In this document: piece after piece, positions 39,676 to 53,585 of the stretch | Layout: each line of letters opens with the position of its first letter | Numbering within the stretch: position 1 is the first letter of the stretch | From: Vermamoeba vermiformis | Taxonomy: Eukaryota | Reading direction: 5' to 3' | NCBI GenBank assembly: GCA_045837725.1 | Contig: JBEWZL010000211.1 | Span: forward strand, 1 to 64,000 | Length of the DNA: 64,000 nucleotides | Notes under the pieces: generated by a model | The model's input: the letters and a program-made list of their open reading frames with translations, nothing else | What the model was told of the DNA's origin: nothing | Databases searched by the model: none | Position numbers and translations under genes: made by a program

Positions 39676-40006
39676 CACGTGTCATAGCGAAGTGTAAAAA
39701 TGACTGATCTGCGTTACTGAGTCATTTTCGTCCAATAAACTCAATGTAAAGATTTTACATCATAATGAATCCTCTTATATATACAAACCTTAATTGCCAG
39801 TACTGGACCAACAACAGCATGTTTGGAAAAATTCGTGTTTTTCTCCATCGGCACGACCGTGCAATCGGCACACGACACGAGGCAATAAGGCTCATTACGG
39901 TGATTATTGATTACTATAGTCATACTTGGGAAGTGTACTAGAGAAAATCAGTTCGCAGATCTGAGGTTAACTCGTTATATGATTGTTAAAGTATTGTTCT
40001 TATTTT

Positions 40007-43000
40007 TTAATGTAGTTTTCCGATTAACAATTCGAGTTCAATTTCTAATTTTTTGGCTTGATTTTTGTCCTTTGCAGCCATCAAGCCCAACACTTCGTTC
40101 AATTGTTTTTTGCAGCTCGTTAATAAATCACGTGACTCGACCACTGACATCTTCTGGATCAACTCGATGCACGTAGTTTTCATGAATTCAATCTTTGCAT
40201 CATTTCCTTGCGATTTTTTCCATTCGTTGATTAACAATACGAACAAATTGATTATAATAGCCTTCAAATTTTTGCCGCCAAATAAAACCGTGTTATAATC
40301 CAAGTCAACATGTTGCTCCTAAAAAATCATGCAAAATTAATATTATTTCCTTTTTAGGCAAAAAAGATCGTGATTTTTTCACACTTACTTTGCAGTGCAA
40401 AAGATATTTGAATGCAAGTTGACTAGCGCTGTTAATGAACTCTTGATTATAGTCGCTTTCTTTGTATAAGCTTCGTTGCACAAAATGAGCCAAGAAATGC
40501 AACACGTATTTGTACAGCTTTGATTGCGACAAGTCCTATCAAAAAAAGAATTAGATCCGCGACGCAGATCAGATCCGGATCCAGCATTACGTACCAAAGT
40601 TTGCTTTAATAATGAAGCTACGCTTGATAAGGCGACATTACTATTAAGACTAGCAAGATTGTAGCTCAAAGTCTTGGCCAAGAATAACATTCGAGTATTA
40701 TAGTCTGTTGAGATTAAAGTCAGATCCACTAATGAAATAAAATACGGTAATAATATCTATATATTCCAAATATGGTAACACTTGCCTGTTTTGGGCTTAT
40801 CTTCTTTGACCTCCGCAGATTTCTCTTCTTCGTTGTCAACTTCCATTTCGTCATTTGAAGGCTTAGTATTAACCTTTTTCTTATTATTTGTGTCTTCTTT
40901 TTCTTCGATTTCTTTCAGCGTGAATAAATTTAATAAAAATTTGACGTAACTTTCTTCGGAGTCAAAGTGTTGCGGGTACTTCAAGACATTCAACAGATAT
41001 TGTACGGTCTCTGTTGAGGTCGCAGGGTGTTGACAGCAATACAGCAAGGCACGTTGCATGTTAGAATTGAGAATAGAGAAGTAAAATAACAATTCTACGG
41101 CAGTTTTTTGAACCACAACTGGCAGATGCACGAAGGGTCCAAAAAGTTCAAGCGTGCCTGGTGAAATAAATACGATAAGCTTATTATACTACATACTAAT
41201 ATCTAATATAAGCGATAATCTTGTTATGCGATTTAAGTTCTTGCAAGAGTTCCAAAAAAGGAAATTTTCAGTGAACGGCTTGTAACGGGTTAAAAAGTGA
41301 GTACATACCTTTCGCGTTATTTACAACAGTGAAAAAGAACGGGACCATTGGATTTTGAAGCAAATCAGGGTTAAATAACGAGCCGCCAGTCGCAGGCGAT
41401 TGACAGCCGAAATTCCAAAGCAACTTCAAAATTAACTGAAACAAGAAGGGTTAATACGCCGATCGATCGATATGTCTATTTATGGAAAGTACCTGAGAGG
41501 CATGCGAGCTCTTAGTTTGTAACTGCCAGAGAGTTTTGGGTAGATCCAACAACCAATCTTTGACGATCGATTGGTCCAATGAAATTAAGCTAGTCATAGC
41601 ACCACCCATATTAGAGTTATTCTAAAAAAGGGAATATTAAGTTATGCGATCACGTGCTATTATTAAGACTTACCATAATAATATCGGAGATAAATGTAAT
41701 GCAAGCCTTTTTCGAGGTTGATTTTGGCGGGCTGGTTTTGAAGTACGCGTTGAAAGCCTACGAATGACACGTGTCAAAAGAATGTCATAATTAATTCATG
41801 AACCACTTACATCGAACAGCATTTTGAGGTACTCTTTGTCTTGTGTTTTTTCTTGCGAGTAAAACAACATGAGTTTTTTCACGACGGGCAATAATTCTAC
41901 GAGCATCACGTAGTGCGAGAACGGCATGCGGCCCTTATTTTCCTAATAAGGAAATATTATTATATCGTTAAAACTAAAACTGGATTTTTTTATCAGGAAC
42001 ATACTCCGCCTTCAAAATTTGTGATGACAAAATCGGTAATTTTTTCAATCCAATTGACTTCGGCCTTATTATTGTTGTTCTTATTGTTGGTCTCAGTCTC
42101 AATTGAATATTCGTCTTTGATTTCCAAGAAGTACGTCATTACCACGCAAACTTCGACGTTGAGTGCCATCAAGTTGCTTCGGTCCTATGATATTACCATA
42201 TTTAGTAATAAGTTCAAAATAGTAAGCCGAAGGCTTATAATAATAAAAATAAATAAATAAATTAATTGATTTTTTTTTTGTAATTACCTTCTCGCCGTAA
42301 GTTGCTTTGACCGCAAACGGGAAATGAGCCAGGATATACTTTTGTATACTTTTGAGGTATTTTTCTTTCAAGAACGCGGCTAAACTAGGGAACTCCAAGG
42401 TCTCCTTATCGATCGTATTAATTCGATGTTGAAGCTCCAGATCTTCCAAGTTATGAAGCAACATTCTGACGGTGTTTAGTATCATCTTCAAGTGGACTAT
42501 ATTGCCCGCTGATAAATCTGAAGGCTCGCATTCAAGCCAAACTTCTAATAAAAGCGGCAACGCGGCTGCGAATAAGTTTTGTAAGCCTCGTAGAGTCGTC
42601 ACCGCAAAGAAATTCGTGTCAATGACACTCGCGGAGGTGGATACTCGTTTCAATCGATCGCTATTGGTCGTCTTAATTTGGTTAAGAATATTGACTGATG
42701 TAGAATTATCTTCTTGGATGTGGCTCGGCGTTTTTTCGAAAAGTGCTCCAAAATCGTAGGAAGCAGGCGCTGATGGCTTGGTATGAAATAAATTCTAAAA
42801 AATAACCAGGATTAGTATTTTGTACGACCCTCAGTAATAATTGAAAGATAGCGGATGCGATCCGATCTCAAATCCGAGCAGACGTAGATAAAAAGATAAT
42901 ATTATCCAACGCAAAGACTTACGTTATTTTCTTTCCATTTTTGTTCCTGCTCCTTCATAATATTTAAATCCTCCGTAGTATCATGAACCATCTTCGTCTT

Positions 43001-44313
43001 GCCAAACAACGCTCCCAAAAATGCATAAAAGCTCTGAATGACTAAAATGCGCGTCTTAAATGCATTAGTCTTATCACTGAGTGTCGTTTTGACGGTCTTG
43101 TTGGATCTATTCTCGTTGCTTCTCTGCATCTCTTGAAGTCGTTCTTTAGAGAAGGCTTTTGACTTCATATCGGTCGTATTGAAGTTAGCATGGCCTTTGA
43201 CGGGCTCATATTGAGATAACAACGCAATATAGTTCGGCAAGAGCTAGAAAAGATCCGTTACAAAACCGCATCCAAACAAAAAAATGACTGGGTGTGGTTA
43301 AAATCGGCCAGCATATGCGATGATTTCCTTATTAAGTTGATACTTACCTCGTTATAATGTTCAGCAACGAGATCCGGGAAGTATTGAATGAGGGTGTTGA
43401 GAACGAACAACGAATCGTGACGAACAGGGCCTTCAAGATGAGTCATAGCTGAAGTGATATACACCATAAATAAGGGCATAAATGGCGCCAACGAATTCTA
43501 TATTCAAAACATTAGGAAGAGTTTTCCGCGGTATCGTGATCGGCTGGATGTACCTTGTTCATTTGAGGCAATAGAGAAGTCAGCCATGTAACCAAAGATC
43601 GTCTAACTGTACGCTCGTCGTCTAATATTAAAGGCACGACAGCTTGAGCAATAGCTGATAAATTGAGGGCAATCAACTGCGGGTACTCCGCGAGCAGATC
43701 TCTCAAGCCAATTACAGCGTCTGCAATATAGAGTTAGTAATTGGCTGACTGAAATGCCATTTATAGAAAATTATTATATGAAGGAGCGGGCATAATGAAG
43801 TGCTACAGTGTTTAACGCTGAGAAACGGATCAAGATGCCAGATCGCCAATAAAATAATCATTGAATTACCTTTTCTCACGGTATAATTATAATGCTTCAA
43901 TTGTGTTAATAAATCTTCGAGTGATAAGTTGCGTTGATTGACCAGCTTGCCAGATTTGTCTTCAGCAATACTCTGAACGGGCATAGAGATCGCTAAAAAA
44001 TATGATTAATGTTATGAGCGGAGTATATATTCATGTTTATAATTATATTATATTTAAGTAGATTTAAATAAATTTTTCTAACGTTTGTGCAGATTTGGAT
44101 CCGCGATCGAGGACAGATGCAACTGTGCATTTCCATAATATCTCGTGCAAATCCATCCTTGTAATTATCTAATATATTACCTCGTGATTTAAACGACAAA
44201 TTAGTTTCGGTTGTAGATTTGCGCTTTTGGCCAAGCTTTGTCTTGGTCTTCTGAAAGTCCGCATTGGTCTTCTTCTCATTAAATACAGTCTTTCGATGAA
44301 AAATATTAGCCAT
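40007..44313 (-). CDS. TEX10: TEX10/Ipi1 pre-rRNA processing protein (Rix1 complex)
   Basis: ADFQKTKTKLG...TNLSFKSR.I.MP.QS, RNLSLEDLLTQLKHYN..VRKDA..GLRDL, ILDDERTVRR, YITSAMTH, LLLEVWLEC and HFPF. Confidence 0.88.
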
Positions 44314-44404
44314 CCTTAGTGTTGCTATATTTACAAATACTACAGACTAATTTTTGAGCTCGATCAGATCCAGCTTTATTCTCGAAACAAAAAAGTTGGT
44401 TCAA

Positions 44405-46794
44405 TTAGTTGCGCATCCAAGCCTCGATATCTTCGACTTTTCTGGGCACATCAGTCATATTTTCAACGCCATTAGCAGTAATAATAACATCGCTTTCAAT
44501 TCTGACGCCACCAAACTCGTGGAAGCGATCCAACTTCTCTTTGACGATAAATTGCGACAAGTTCGCGTTATTGTACAGCTCGTGCAACAAGGGCTTAATG
44601 AAGTAAACGCCAGGCTCGACAGTGATGACCATGCCTTCCGCCAACACGCGACCACATCTCAATCTAACGAGTAGGTGCTCCGTTAGTATAATGCATATGA
44701 TACTAGTATTATATATTTACGTACTTGTTGAGACCAGGCTCCTTGCTACGAGTTTGACCGCCAGGATAGCCACCGACATCGTGAGTATCCAGACCCAAAA
44801 AGTGACCCAGACCGTGAGGCATGAAGTACGAGGCTAATGCATACAATGTCTATTAGAACTTGATTGACAATAATAAGCATGATAATTAAGACTAGTAGCA
44901 GTCCACTAGCAGCGCCTTTGTCTTTTTGACGACCTCGTATGATCCGAGACAGTTTTTTCAACTCAAGGCGCTATAGCTTAGTGGTAGAGCACCGGTCTCA
45001 TAAGTCGGTTGTCTTGGTTCGATTCCAAGTAGCGCCTAATTTCAATTTCTTTTTTGATTTTTGGTTTTCGTTGCACACAAACAAGCTGCTAAAACTTTCT
45101 GCTATTTTTCGCAGATTCGAAACGCAAAATTATTATTGCTTACCGAGATTAGCTTCAACCATCTTCTCAACATCGCCCTTCAAGAATCCAAAGCGCGTGA
45201 GCTCGGTTAAAATGACGCGTTCTTTGATACAATGTCAGATCCACATTTTTTGCTAGCGAAATGGTTCACATACCAGCCAATCTGTGCATCGAAGGCCAAC
45301 TAACACCAGGCTTAGCAGCAGCTATAACAGCATCGTGAGCTGCCAACACGGTTTCGTAGACCTCGCGTTGATCTTGCGTGAACTTTCCATTAGCAGGGAA
45401 GCAGACGGTAATATCAGAGGCGTAGCAATGATACTCAACACCCATATCAAACAACAACATATCACCGTCCTTAACGACCTAAATGAAGTCTTGTTAGTAC
45501 GTACAGCCGCAAAAAAAATATCGTGCAACGTACTCTCTTGTTGGGAGCACCGGCGTGGCCGTAATGCAAAACAGCGCCGTTAGGACCACTGCAGCAGATG
45601 CAAGTGTAGGAAGGGTTACGGCAACCACCTAGTCTATCGTTAGAGACGAATACTAATGTTGACTTAACTCGTCGAACATACCCTTCGAGTAGCTCTCGTG
45701 CAAGAACAAACTCTCCATTTGATACTCAGTGACGCCTGGCTTCATGGCCTTAATAACTGCACGGTGAGCATTGCTATAGAAATATGTTAGAACGAGAGAA
45801 ATAGCCGTGCTGGTGGTACGTACCTGCTGACTTTGGCAGCGTATCTCATAACCTCTAATTCTTCAGGAGTCTTAATCACTCTCAACTCGACGATTTCGGG
45901 GAATAACAAGGTCTCGTCGGTCTTGAACTGTTCGATGCCGTTGAACTTAGCAGGGACAGCTTCATTGCCTAGAGTAGTGAATGGAAGTGAGCAGATCGCA
46001 CGCGCTTGATACGCATTTTATATGCTTACCGCTATCAGTATTAAGACCCTTAAGAGTAAGAATCAATTGAACGTTGTTATCTAAAGGAATATTAGAGTTG
46101 GAATTTAGGAAACAGATCTAGGCACGCACCAGTCAAGTACTGAGAGATCTCGTCTGTGTAATAGGCCTCGTCGACTTCGTAGTGCTTAACATAGTATGAT
46201 GGAGGATAAATCTACGATAATGGTATTAATAACTGCTTAGAGGTGCTTCACCAAGCTCGTACTTCACCCATCCAGATTGCGTATGACTCGGGCAAACGAG
46301 GAATGAACAGGACTGATTTATTTCTGCATAATATTAATTTAATTAATTGCACGATAATTATCAATATAAGTGTTAATAGGTTACCTGGTAATGTCAATCA
46401 AACCATAGAAACCTGGTTCGCAAACTCCAAATGCCCATTGAAAGTAGCTTTCTTGACGGAACAAAACCTCGTGGTCAGTGTCGTACTATAATAATCAATA
46501 CATAATTATTATTAATTTCTAAAAGATACCAGAAACGTAACGTGCAAATCCAAACCAAATAATCTCAAAAATCCAATTTAGCTGATAAATTAATTTTAAA
46601 ATTTATATTATAATATTTACCAGTGTCTGAGCTTCGCCTCCTTGCAAAAGAATAACAGATTTAGGCAGCTCCTTAGCTTGGAATTTTTCAATCAATCTAA
46701 CACGATTCTTCGCGTGCAAAGACATAGGCACTTTGAGCGTGTTTTGACCTTGCCAAAAATAGGCCTTTCCAGTTTGAGGATCAATGTACGACAT
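44405..46794 (-). CDS. PEPD: Xaa-Pro dipeptidase (prolidase, peptidase M24B)
   Basis: [69 protein letters not shown] and GGVRIESD. Confidence 0.95.
44912..45056 (+). repeat. ~145-bp tRNA-containing cassette, copy 2 (antisense inside PEPD intron 44834..45143)
   Basis: Near-identical to 20765..20908. Confidence 0.95.
44967..45037 (+). tRNA. tRNA-like gene, anticodon CAT (second copy)
   Basis: Same cloverleaf as 20819..20889. The anticodon stem is CCGGT/GTCGG, where the T/C difference converts a U-G pair to C-G. Confidence 0.8.
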
Positions 46795-47286
46795 TGTGTT
46801 GTGTCCGTTCAATCAAAAACGAGTAATAATAAAAAGCAACCTAACCGCCAGACAAGTACGTACGGATGAAACGGATCCATGAAACGAACTAACTGTTTTA
46901 GGTATTGTCGCTTAGTGCATATTTATGAAGCGAGAGTTCAAGGCGAGAACGAGATCTGATCATAAATTGGTTAGCTTCGATCAACACATTGCAACGATGT
47001 TTACATTGTTGATTTAGTCCTCACAGAGGTACAGGAGCTATTCTCAGAGTAGTACAGTGTTCAATTACCATAAAAGGAAGTCAAAATTAATCTCGTGCAA
47101 AATCTCAACAGGAAAAACCGTTGACCCTGAGATTTTATGACGCACGAGCTGGTCTTAGATGATTTAAATATTGTTCGGTTGACTTGACAAGCCTATAATA
47201 GCAAAAAGGAGTCTTTATTTATAACTCCGGTTTCGACTTCAGGCTTTTTCGTTCGGATCACCGAGCAATTTCGCACTGTAAATAAG

Positions 47287-50200
47287 ATGGAAGGCGAAGA
47301 TGTTAGATTAAGAGAGCTGTATTGGTCAATTCCGACCTTGCAGGAGGTACAGTACCGCTGACCATAATTTCCGAAATAATTTATTTTATTGATTTTAACG
47401 CCAATATACGGTCATGTAATATCAACGATTACTTATTTATTCTATAAATAAGTATAATAATATTCAAATCTATGTGGCACGAATGCTATAATCGAATTTG
47501 TTGTACTGGAGTACTAATCCGTTTTACGATTATTATTAGAATATTGACCATATTCGATCGAATCTCAAAAAGACTTACAAGACGTTGACGAGTATGAAAA
47601 AATCAATGGAAAAATATACAGAGGAAAGCCATGCCTTGGCCAACCAACTTGTTGGATTTAGTTGGAGTCCGACTAGCGAAGATAAAGGTAAAGCAACGCA
47701 AATCGGGTATAAAATGGATTTATGGTACTAATAAATATTATAGAAAATATGCTTGTAACTTGCGGCGCAATGATAACCCAGATCGCGCGAGTACAAAATG
47801 GATTGGTAAGGATAAAATGAGTAGAGATTGTTTTTCGGACTAATATTTCTTAGAATAATGCATTGCATGATATATTGATCTCAGCAATCGATAAAATACT
47901 CGACGAAATGAAAGAAGACGAGCTGGTATGATAAATTAATTTGTGACTAAAAATAGATCTAACGCAAAAATGATTAGAGAGAAGCACAGAAGCAAGCTTA
48001 TAGTCAGCTTGTCAATTATAATAATATCCACCGTAAATTAAACTTAGCACTAATTGAACGAGATGAAAAGAAGCAAAAGGTAAATATTGGCCTCATCTTG
48101 CTCGAGCAAACCAAATTATCATTTATAATAATTTAAAAATTATATATTAACGCGATAAATTCCGAAATATCGTAAATTAAACCAGACGGTCTGATACAAA
48201 TTTAAGGAAAATAATATTTGAAATCGTGCAATGTTTAATTTAGTTTAAATAGGAACAAGAGGAGAAGAAGAGCTTAGAAAGAGTATTAATAGGACTTACC
48301 AATCGACTACGAGATTTGCAGACGGTTTCTCGCTTTGATTTCACGAAGAGCTTGCTGACATGGATTTACGCCAACATTCCAGCCCAAACACAGAGTAAGC
48401 ATCAATATAATACTAAAAAATTAAATATAACCGGCCTACTGTAGTGTTGGAAATATTTTCTGGCAACAAAGAGGAAATTTTGGATGTCATGCAAGGAATG
48501 GAACGATCCAAACAAGAATACCTTCAAGGCGTAAGTTATCCTTATAATACGTTATATATTACTAGTATTAATGATTATTATGGTAGCAAACGAAAGGACC
48601 TTCTTCTGTTGAAAATATCATTTCCGTGCCCAGACCGATGAATGAGGCCACGGATGTGACCAAACAAGGATACTTATACCAGCAGAACCACAATGGCGTA
48701 TGGAAGCCTCGATTTGTGATATTAAGACAGAACGAGTTCAGCGTATTCACGTCGTGGAAATCAAAAGAAGTGAAGTACAGCGCGAATTTGATGCTTAGTG
48801 TCGTTAAGCCGCTAATAGACCCCGACACGCCGTTCTGTTTTGAAATTATCACGCAAGTCAAGCGCGCACAGTTCAAGGCGTTCAATCAAGTCGATTACAA
48901 AGCGTGGATGGATATTTTGCAGCACGGCATTGCCGAGGCTTTAAATCACATTGACTCGCCGCACGTGACTCAGTCGCCGTTGAGAATGGGCAGTTCTCAG
49001 GCCTTATCGGACACCAAGCTCTTAAATCATTTGCGCGAACTGTCTGATTCCAACACCATGTGCGCTGATTGTGGTGCATCCGGTAAGTCTTTGCAACAAT
49101 TTCTTAGCAGTACCCGAGACCTTCTAATGTATAATTAAGACCCTGATTATGTGTGCATTAATAACGGTGCTTTGGTGTGCGCGGAATGTAGCACCGTTCA
49201 TCGGTCCTTGTCGCAGATCTCAAAAGTCAGATCTTTGCGAACCGATAAGATCAATCCTTATATCGTCAGCGTAAGTAATTAAAATAATATAGCAATACTA
49301 ATATGGCTTGTAGTTCTTGGAGACAATGACTAACGATATTGTTAACGCCATCTACCTCGAACAAGAACCAGCAGTAAAAATTTCAGCGCAAACAGTTTAG
49401 TAAGCAAAAATAATTCAATTTATTATTTATAATTACTAACAGTAGTTAATTTTAGTAAGGACAGACGATTGTACATTCAACGAAAATATCAGTTTAGACA
49501 ATACGCAAAGGCTCGTTTTTCAGATTCACTCGAAGAGGTTTCACAAGTACGTATATACTTTATTATACATACTATAATTAATATAATATCGTTCTAATGG
49601 TGGTACCGTAGGATCTTTTCTCGGCTTTATTGCGTGTCGATTACCCGGAGGCCGTTCAGTTTATAGTTATGGGAGCAATGCTCGACTGGAAGAATTCGAT
49701 CGATGCCAATAAGTCGTTGTGCCATTACGTCGTTGAAGATTCAAATGTCGTTGGGTTGTGGCTGTTAGTTCTCAATGACGCACCAACGACTCTTCAAGAC
49801 TCTCACGGAAACACTCCTTTGCACTACGCAGCTAATTTGGCCTTCCCAGAATGCGTCAAAGTCTTGCTTAGCGTTCTAACTCCCGAAGAAGTTGAAACCA
49901 GAAACGTGTTCAGTAAGTAGCTGTTAATTTTTTAAACTTTACAAGGGCTAATTTAAACAGGTAAAACTGCATTGGACGTGGCACGTGATCATTTGATGAG
50001 AGCAGAAGAAATCACCGATGATATGAAAGAAGTCGTTAAAGTGCTCGAAGAATTTTTGTATGGTCCGCAAGAAGAACAACGGCTGTCAACTCCACGCGGA
50101 GGCTCAGAAGAAGCCGATGTTACTGCGTCACCGCGCAGTTCTGAAAAGAAGCGGCGTGGCTCGACCGTCATGGATATTCTCAAGGGCATGAAAGACCGAC

Positions 50201-51339
50201 GAAACAGCACTGCGCAATTGAAGAAATCAGATAAGAGAAATTCAAAGGCAAATTTCCGAGCACCTGAAAAGACGGCGTCTCCTCGCGCGAGCTTAAAATT
50301 CGACGAGTCTCCGACTATTAAGTATTACCGCCAAGACGAAGTTGTGCCCCTGTCACCAACGAAATCTGGCACTTTTGCATATGGCGCCTCGCCGTACAAA
50401 GACGTCGATTTCAATGACTTAGAGGCGCTTGAACGGGCCGCGGCGGCTGTGCCAACATCACCGAGACGGGAGCGCAGTAACTCTATTACAATCACTTCGT
50501 CACCGAGGAAAGATGACGCGAAAAGAATTGCTGCGGAGACCATCACTGAAGAACCTAACACTGAAATTGCTGCAGCGGAGACTAGCGGCGATCAAGTCCC
50601 CGAGCCACATGTTGAGACAACGGACGCTGTGCCTGCCCCTGCAAACGAAACAGCGGACTTGGCGAGCAATAATCAGGCCACAGAACACGAGGCTAAAGTG
50701 GCGACTGCGCAGACCGAGACGACGAAGTGGAGGCCAGTACGAACATCGTCAAACAGTTCGGGCAGAGCTCTTGGCAAGAGCGAGTCGATGGCGGGCAGTT
50801 ACCGCAACAATCCGTACTTTACGTTCAGAAATTCCATGCGCGATCAGCTCGAGGAGTTTGAAGCCATGGAACGCAATGGAGAAAATCCAGATGAAGACCT
50901 TAAATCTGCTAAACGAGCTAAAGAAGCACCTGAATCGCGCAGAATATCGTTGCAGCTCGGAAGTAACAATACTAACTCGGCGGATGGAGACGACAAGTTG
51001 ATCCCTTCACCTCGATCCAACAAGCCGCAGTTCCAGAATATATTCGCGACCTCGAAGACTGATCCATCAATAAGCACTAATAATAACAATAATAATACCA
51101 ATAATGAGGAAAATTCAGCGTTACGCGTTTCGAGCGGATCTGTTGCCGCTATGAAAAGCAGTAGCTCGCCGACAATGCGCTTAAGTCTAGAACAATCTGA
51201 TGCAAAGTCACCTAGCAAGGACAAAGATAAGAAAGAGAAGAAAGAAAAGGATAAGAAGGCGCCTACACCTCGATCTGGACGAACAAAATTGCTATTCAGA
51301 AACAAGAGCAAGAAAGAAAAGAGCGATAAAGCTGAGTAA
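47287..51339 (+). CDS. ArfGAP with coiled-coil/BAR-like, PH and ankyrin domains (ACAP/centaurin-beta-like)
   Basis: PH domain (KQGYLYQ...WKPRFVIL...FCFEIIT...WMDIL), ArfGAP motif CADC-x16-CAECSTVHR, ankyrin motif GNTPLHYAA and a long disordered tail. Confidence 0.88.
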
Positions 51340-51471
51340 TTGTAATTGTAAACATGATCTTAGTACAAGTTTGTACCCCAGTAAATATTGTCGAATACTA
51401 GTAAACTAGTTGTAGCAGGGGTTTTGGCGGTTGGATCGTTGATTTTGCATTTTTCAATTCCAATGCATTAA

Positions 51472-53201
51472 ATGGCACAACAAGTCGTTATGACTAATAT
51501 TACCAGTTCCATAACGCTAACTGATTTATATGAGCAAAAACTGGTACTCCCAGAAGGTAAAAAAACGAAGTTGCCTTAGATTTAGACGATCTTCTAAATA
51601 CAACCCCGAAGCATCCAGAAAAATAATATAATATCAAGAAATATTATATCTGATGTTATTATACGTAAGCAAATTGTTCTAATAATTTTCTGAGCAGATA
51701 AAGTAAAATTCAAGATCAAAGAGAAAACTTACGAAGCTTGGCTCGTTTGCGTGAACAACATCGCGCAACTCCAAATAGAATTAAAAGGGAAATTAATAAC
51801 TGCACCTAGACCGTACGCCTTTTATAAAGCAGTCGTCGAAGCATTAAACCCTGGATCTCCCGAGAACAAATCCCTTGCTCGTGGAAAATCATCCAAATCT
51901 TTCATTGTTCGACATTTATCTTTGGATGAGCTAAAGAAGTATGCCTTGGCGAACAAGATTATGCGGTAATAAGCTTTGAGGCTTAGACTTAAGTTCGACG
52001 GATTTCACTAAATCTGCACAGAAATCCCAAAGTTCATTCGATCTCCCCTCGTTTAGGCTACGTGGTTGCCTATACAAGCGAGAAAGATACGCAAAAAGTT
52101 GCTGCCGAGCTGTCAAAAGAGTTTAAAAGTCTCCGCATAAGCGTAGTCTACGAAGAAAAGCGCAAAAAAGTGCTCAAAAATTGGGTTCCTGGCGCTGAAA
52201 TCCAAGCAGCGCAATCAGCTAGTGATTTGGACAATAAGATGGACGTATCCTATGGAACTGTTGGATGCTTTATTCAAGATGCTAAGGGTAATAACTACGG
52301 CGTTACTTGCGCTCACTGCTTCTACCCGCACTCGGACACTTCTTTTTTCTCATTTGCAAAAATTAATAATCAGAGAATTTCAGGTACGGCGATTCAAAAG
52401 GTGGATAAACATGATATTGCGTATTTCATGGTTCCTAAGGAGACACAGCCCAGCAACACTGTTGTCATAAACAACAGTACAGGTTTGGAGATAGCCGCTC
52501 AGAAACCAAAATTAACCGATAGCGACTGCGCTCAATCGCCGAAGAGCGATTTTTCAAGCTATAGTTATACGGAAAAGAAATATGATGTCGAGCTCAAATC
52601 AGATGGAGCCGATAATACTGCGACTAATTATGGTAACTCCCAAAACAATAACAATTCTGAAGTAAGTTATAAGCATAATGAATCAAGCGAGGAAGAAGAC
52701 TTAGATTTACAAAACGATCCTGATTACGGCGATAACTATACTCACTTAACCGATATTAGTTTGGAGTGTTGGGTTACAAATAAGCTTAGCGGCGGCTTTT
52801 CTTTGCCTGTTTTCAAGATTGGTGCAAAAACTGGACTCACGATTGGAATTGCAAGAGAAATTCGTACAGAGGTGCGTGCCCCATAGTTTTAGCTGCATAA
52901 ACTAACGATATATCTAATAGAATAGCATGGCTTTCGTTCGGATCGAATCAGTATTCCCTCACAAACAACACATTGGCGCAAAACCCGAGCGTCTATTTGA
53001 GGTCAATCCTGTTGATTTTGGAATGCATGGCGATTCTGGAGCGTTGGTAGTCACCCGGTTATTGCGGACGGTCAGTCTCGATTTATGCCCCTTGGAATCT
53101 ATGGAGGTGACGTGGATACGCCCGATAGTCATTTTGCCTATGAAATGTCTGGTGTGCTGTACACGCTGGAACTGAAACTGGGATTAATTTCTGTGCTCTA
53201 A
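51472..53201 (+). CDS. Trypsin-like (Nal1/Ssy5-like) serine protease with N-terminal RAMA-like domain; frameshift at ~53056
   Basis: Catalytic triad motifs GVTCAHC, HDIAY and GDSGALV, plus GTVGCF and KIGAKTGLTIG. Introns 51557..51697, 51966..52021 and 52872..52920 keep the frame. The 3' end is uncertain. Confidence 0.75.
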
Positions 53202-53585
53202 ATGTGGCAGCGACGATCTTTCAAATATCCTAACTATGAACCAAAAGATTATGCCGTAGGTTTGGTTAGCTGGTTGGAATGTAAAGTTCGTTAATTATTA
53301 TAAACTACTGTAATAAATTATATTATCGTTTTGTGTCTTTACTGTTAAAGATACAAAATAACATTTAACGGAGAACGAAATTAACCGAGTCTCCATCAGG
53401 ATAAAAATTGCTCCGGATGGTAAAAATTCAAAATCTAGCGTCGTAACACAATAAATGAGGCGAAATCTTAATAATTTTATTTATTTATTCGTTTGTAATA
53501 CGGCGAAGGCAACAACAGTGTTTTTTACGAAGCTAAATCAAGTTAGCGGATTTTTATTTTGTCAGATCCGACAGCTTTCTTCATA

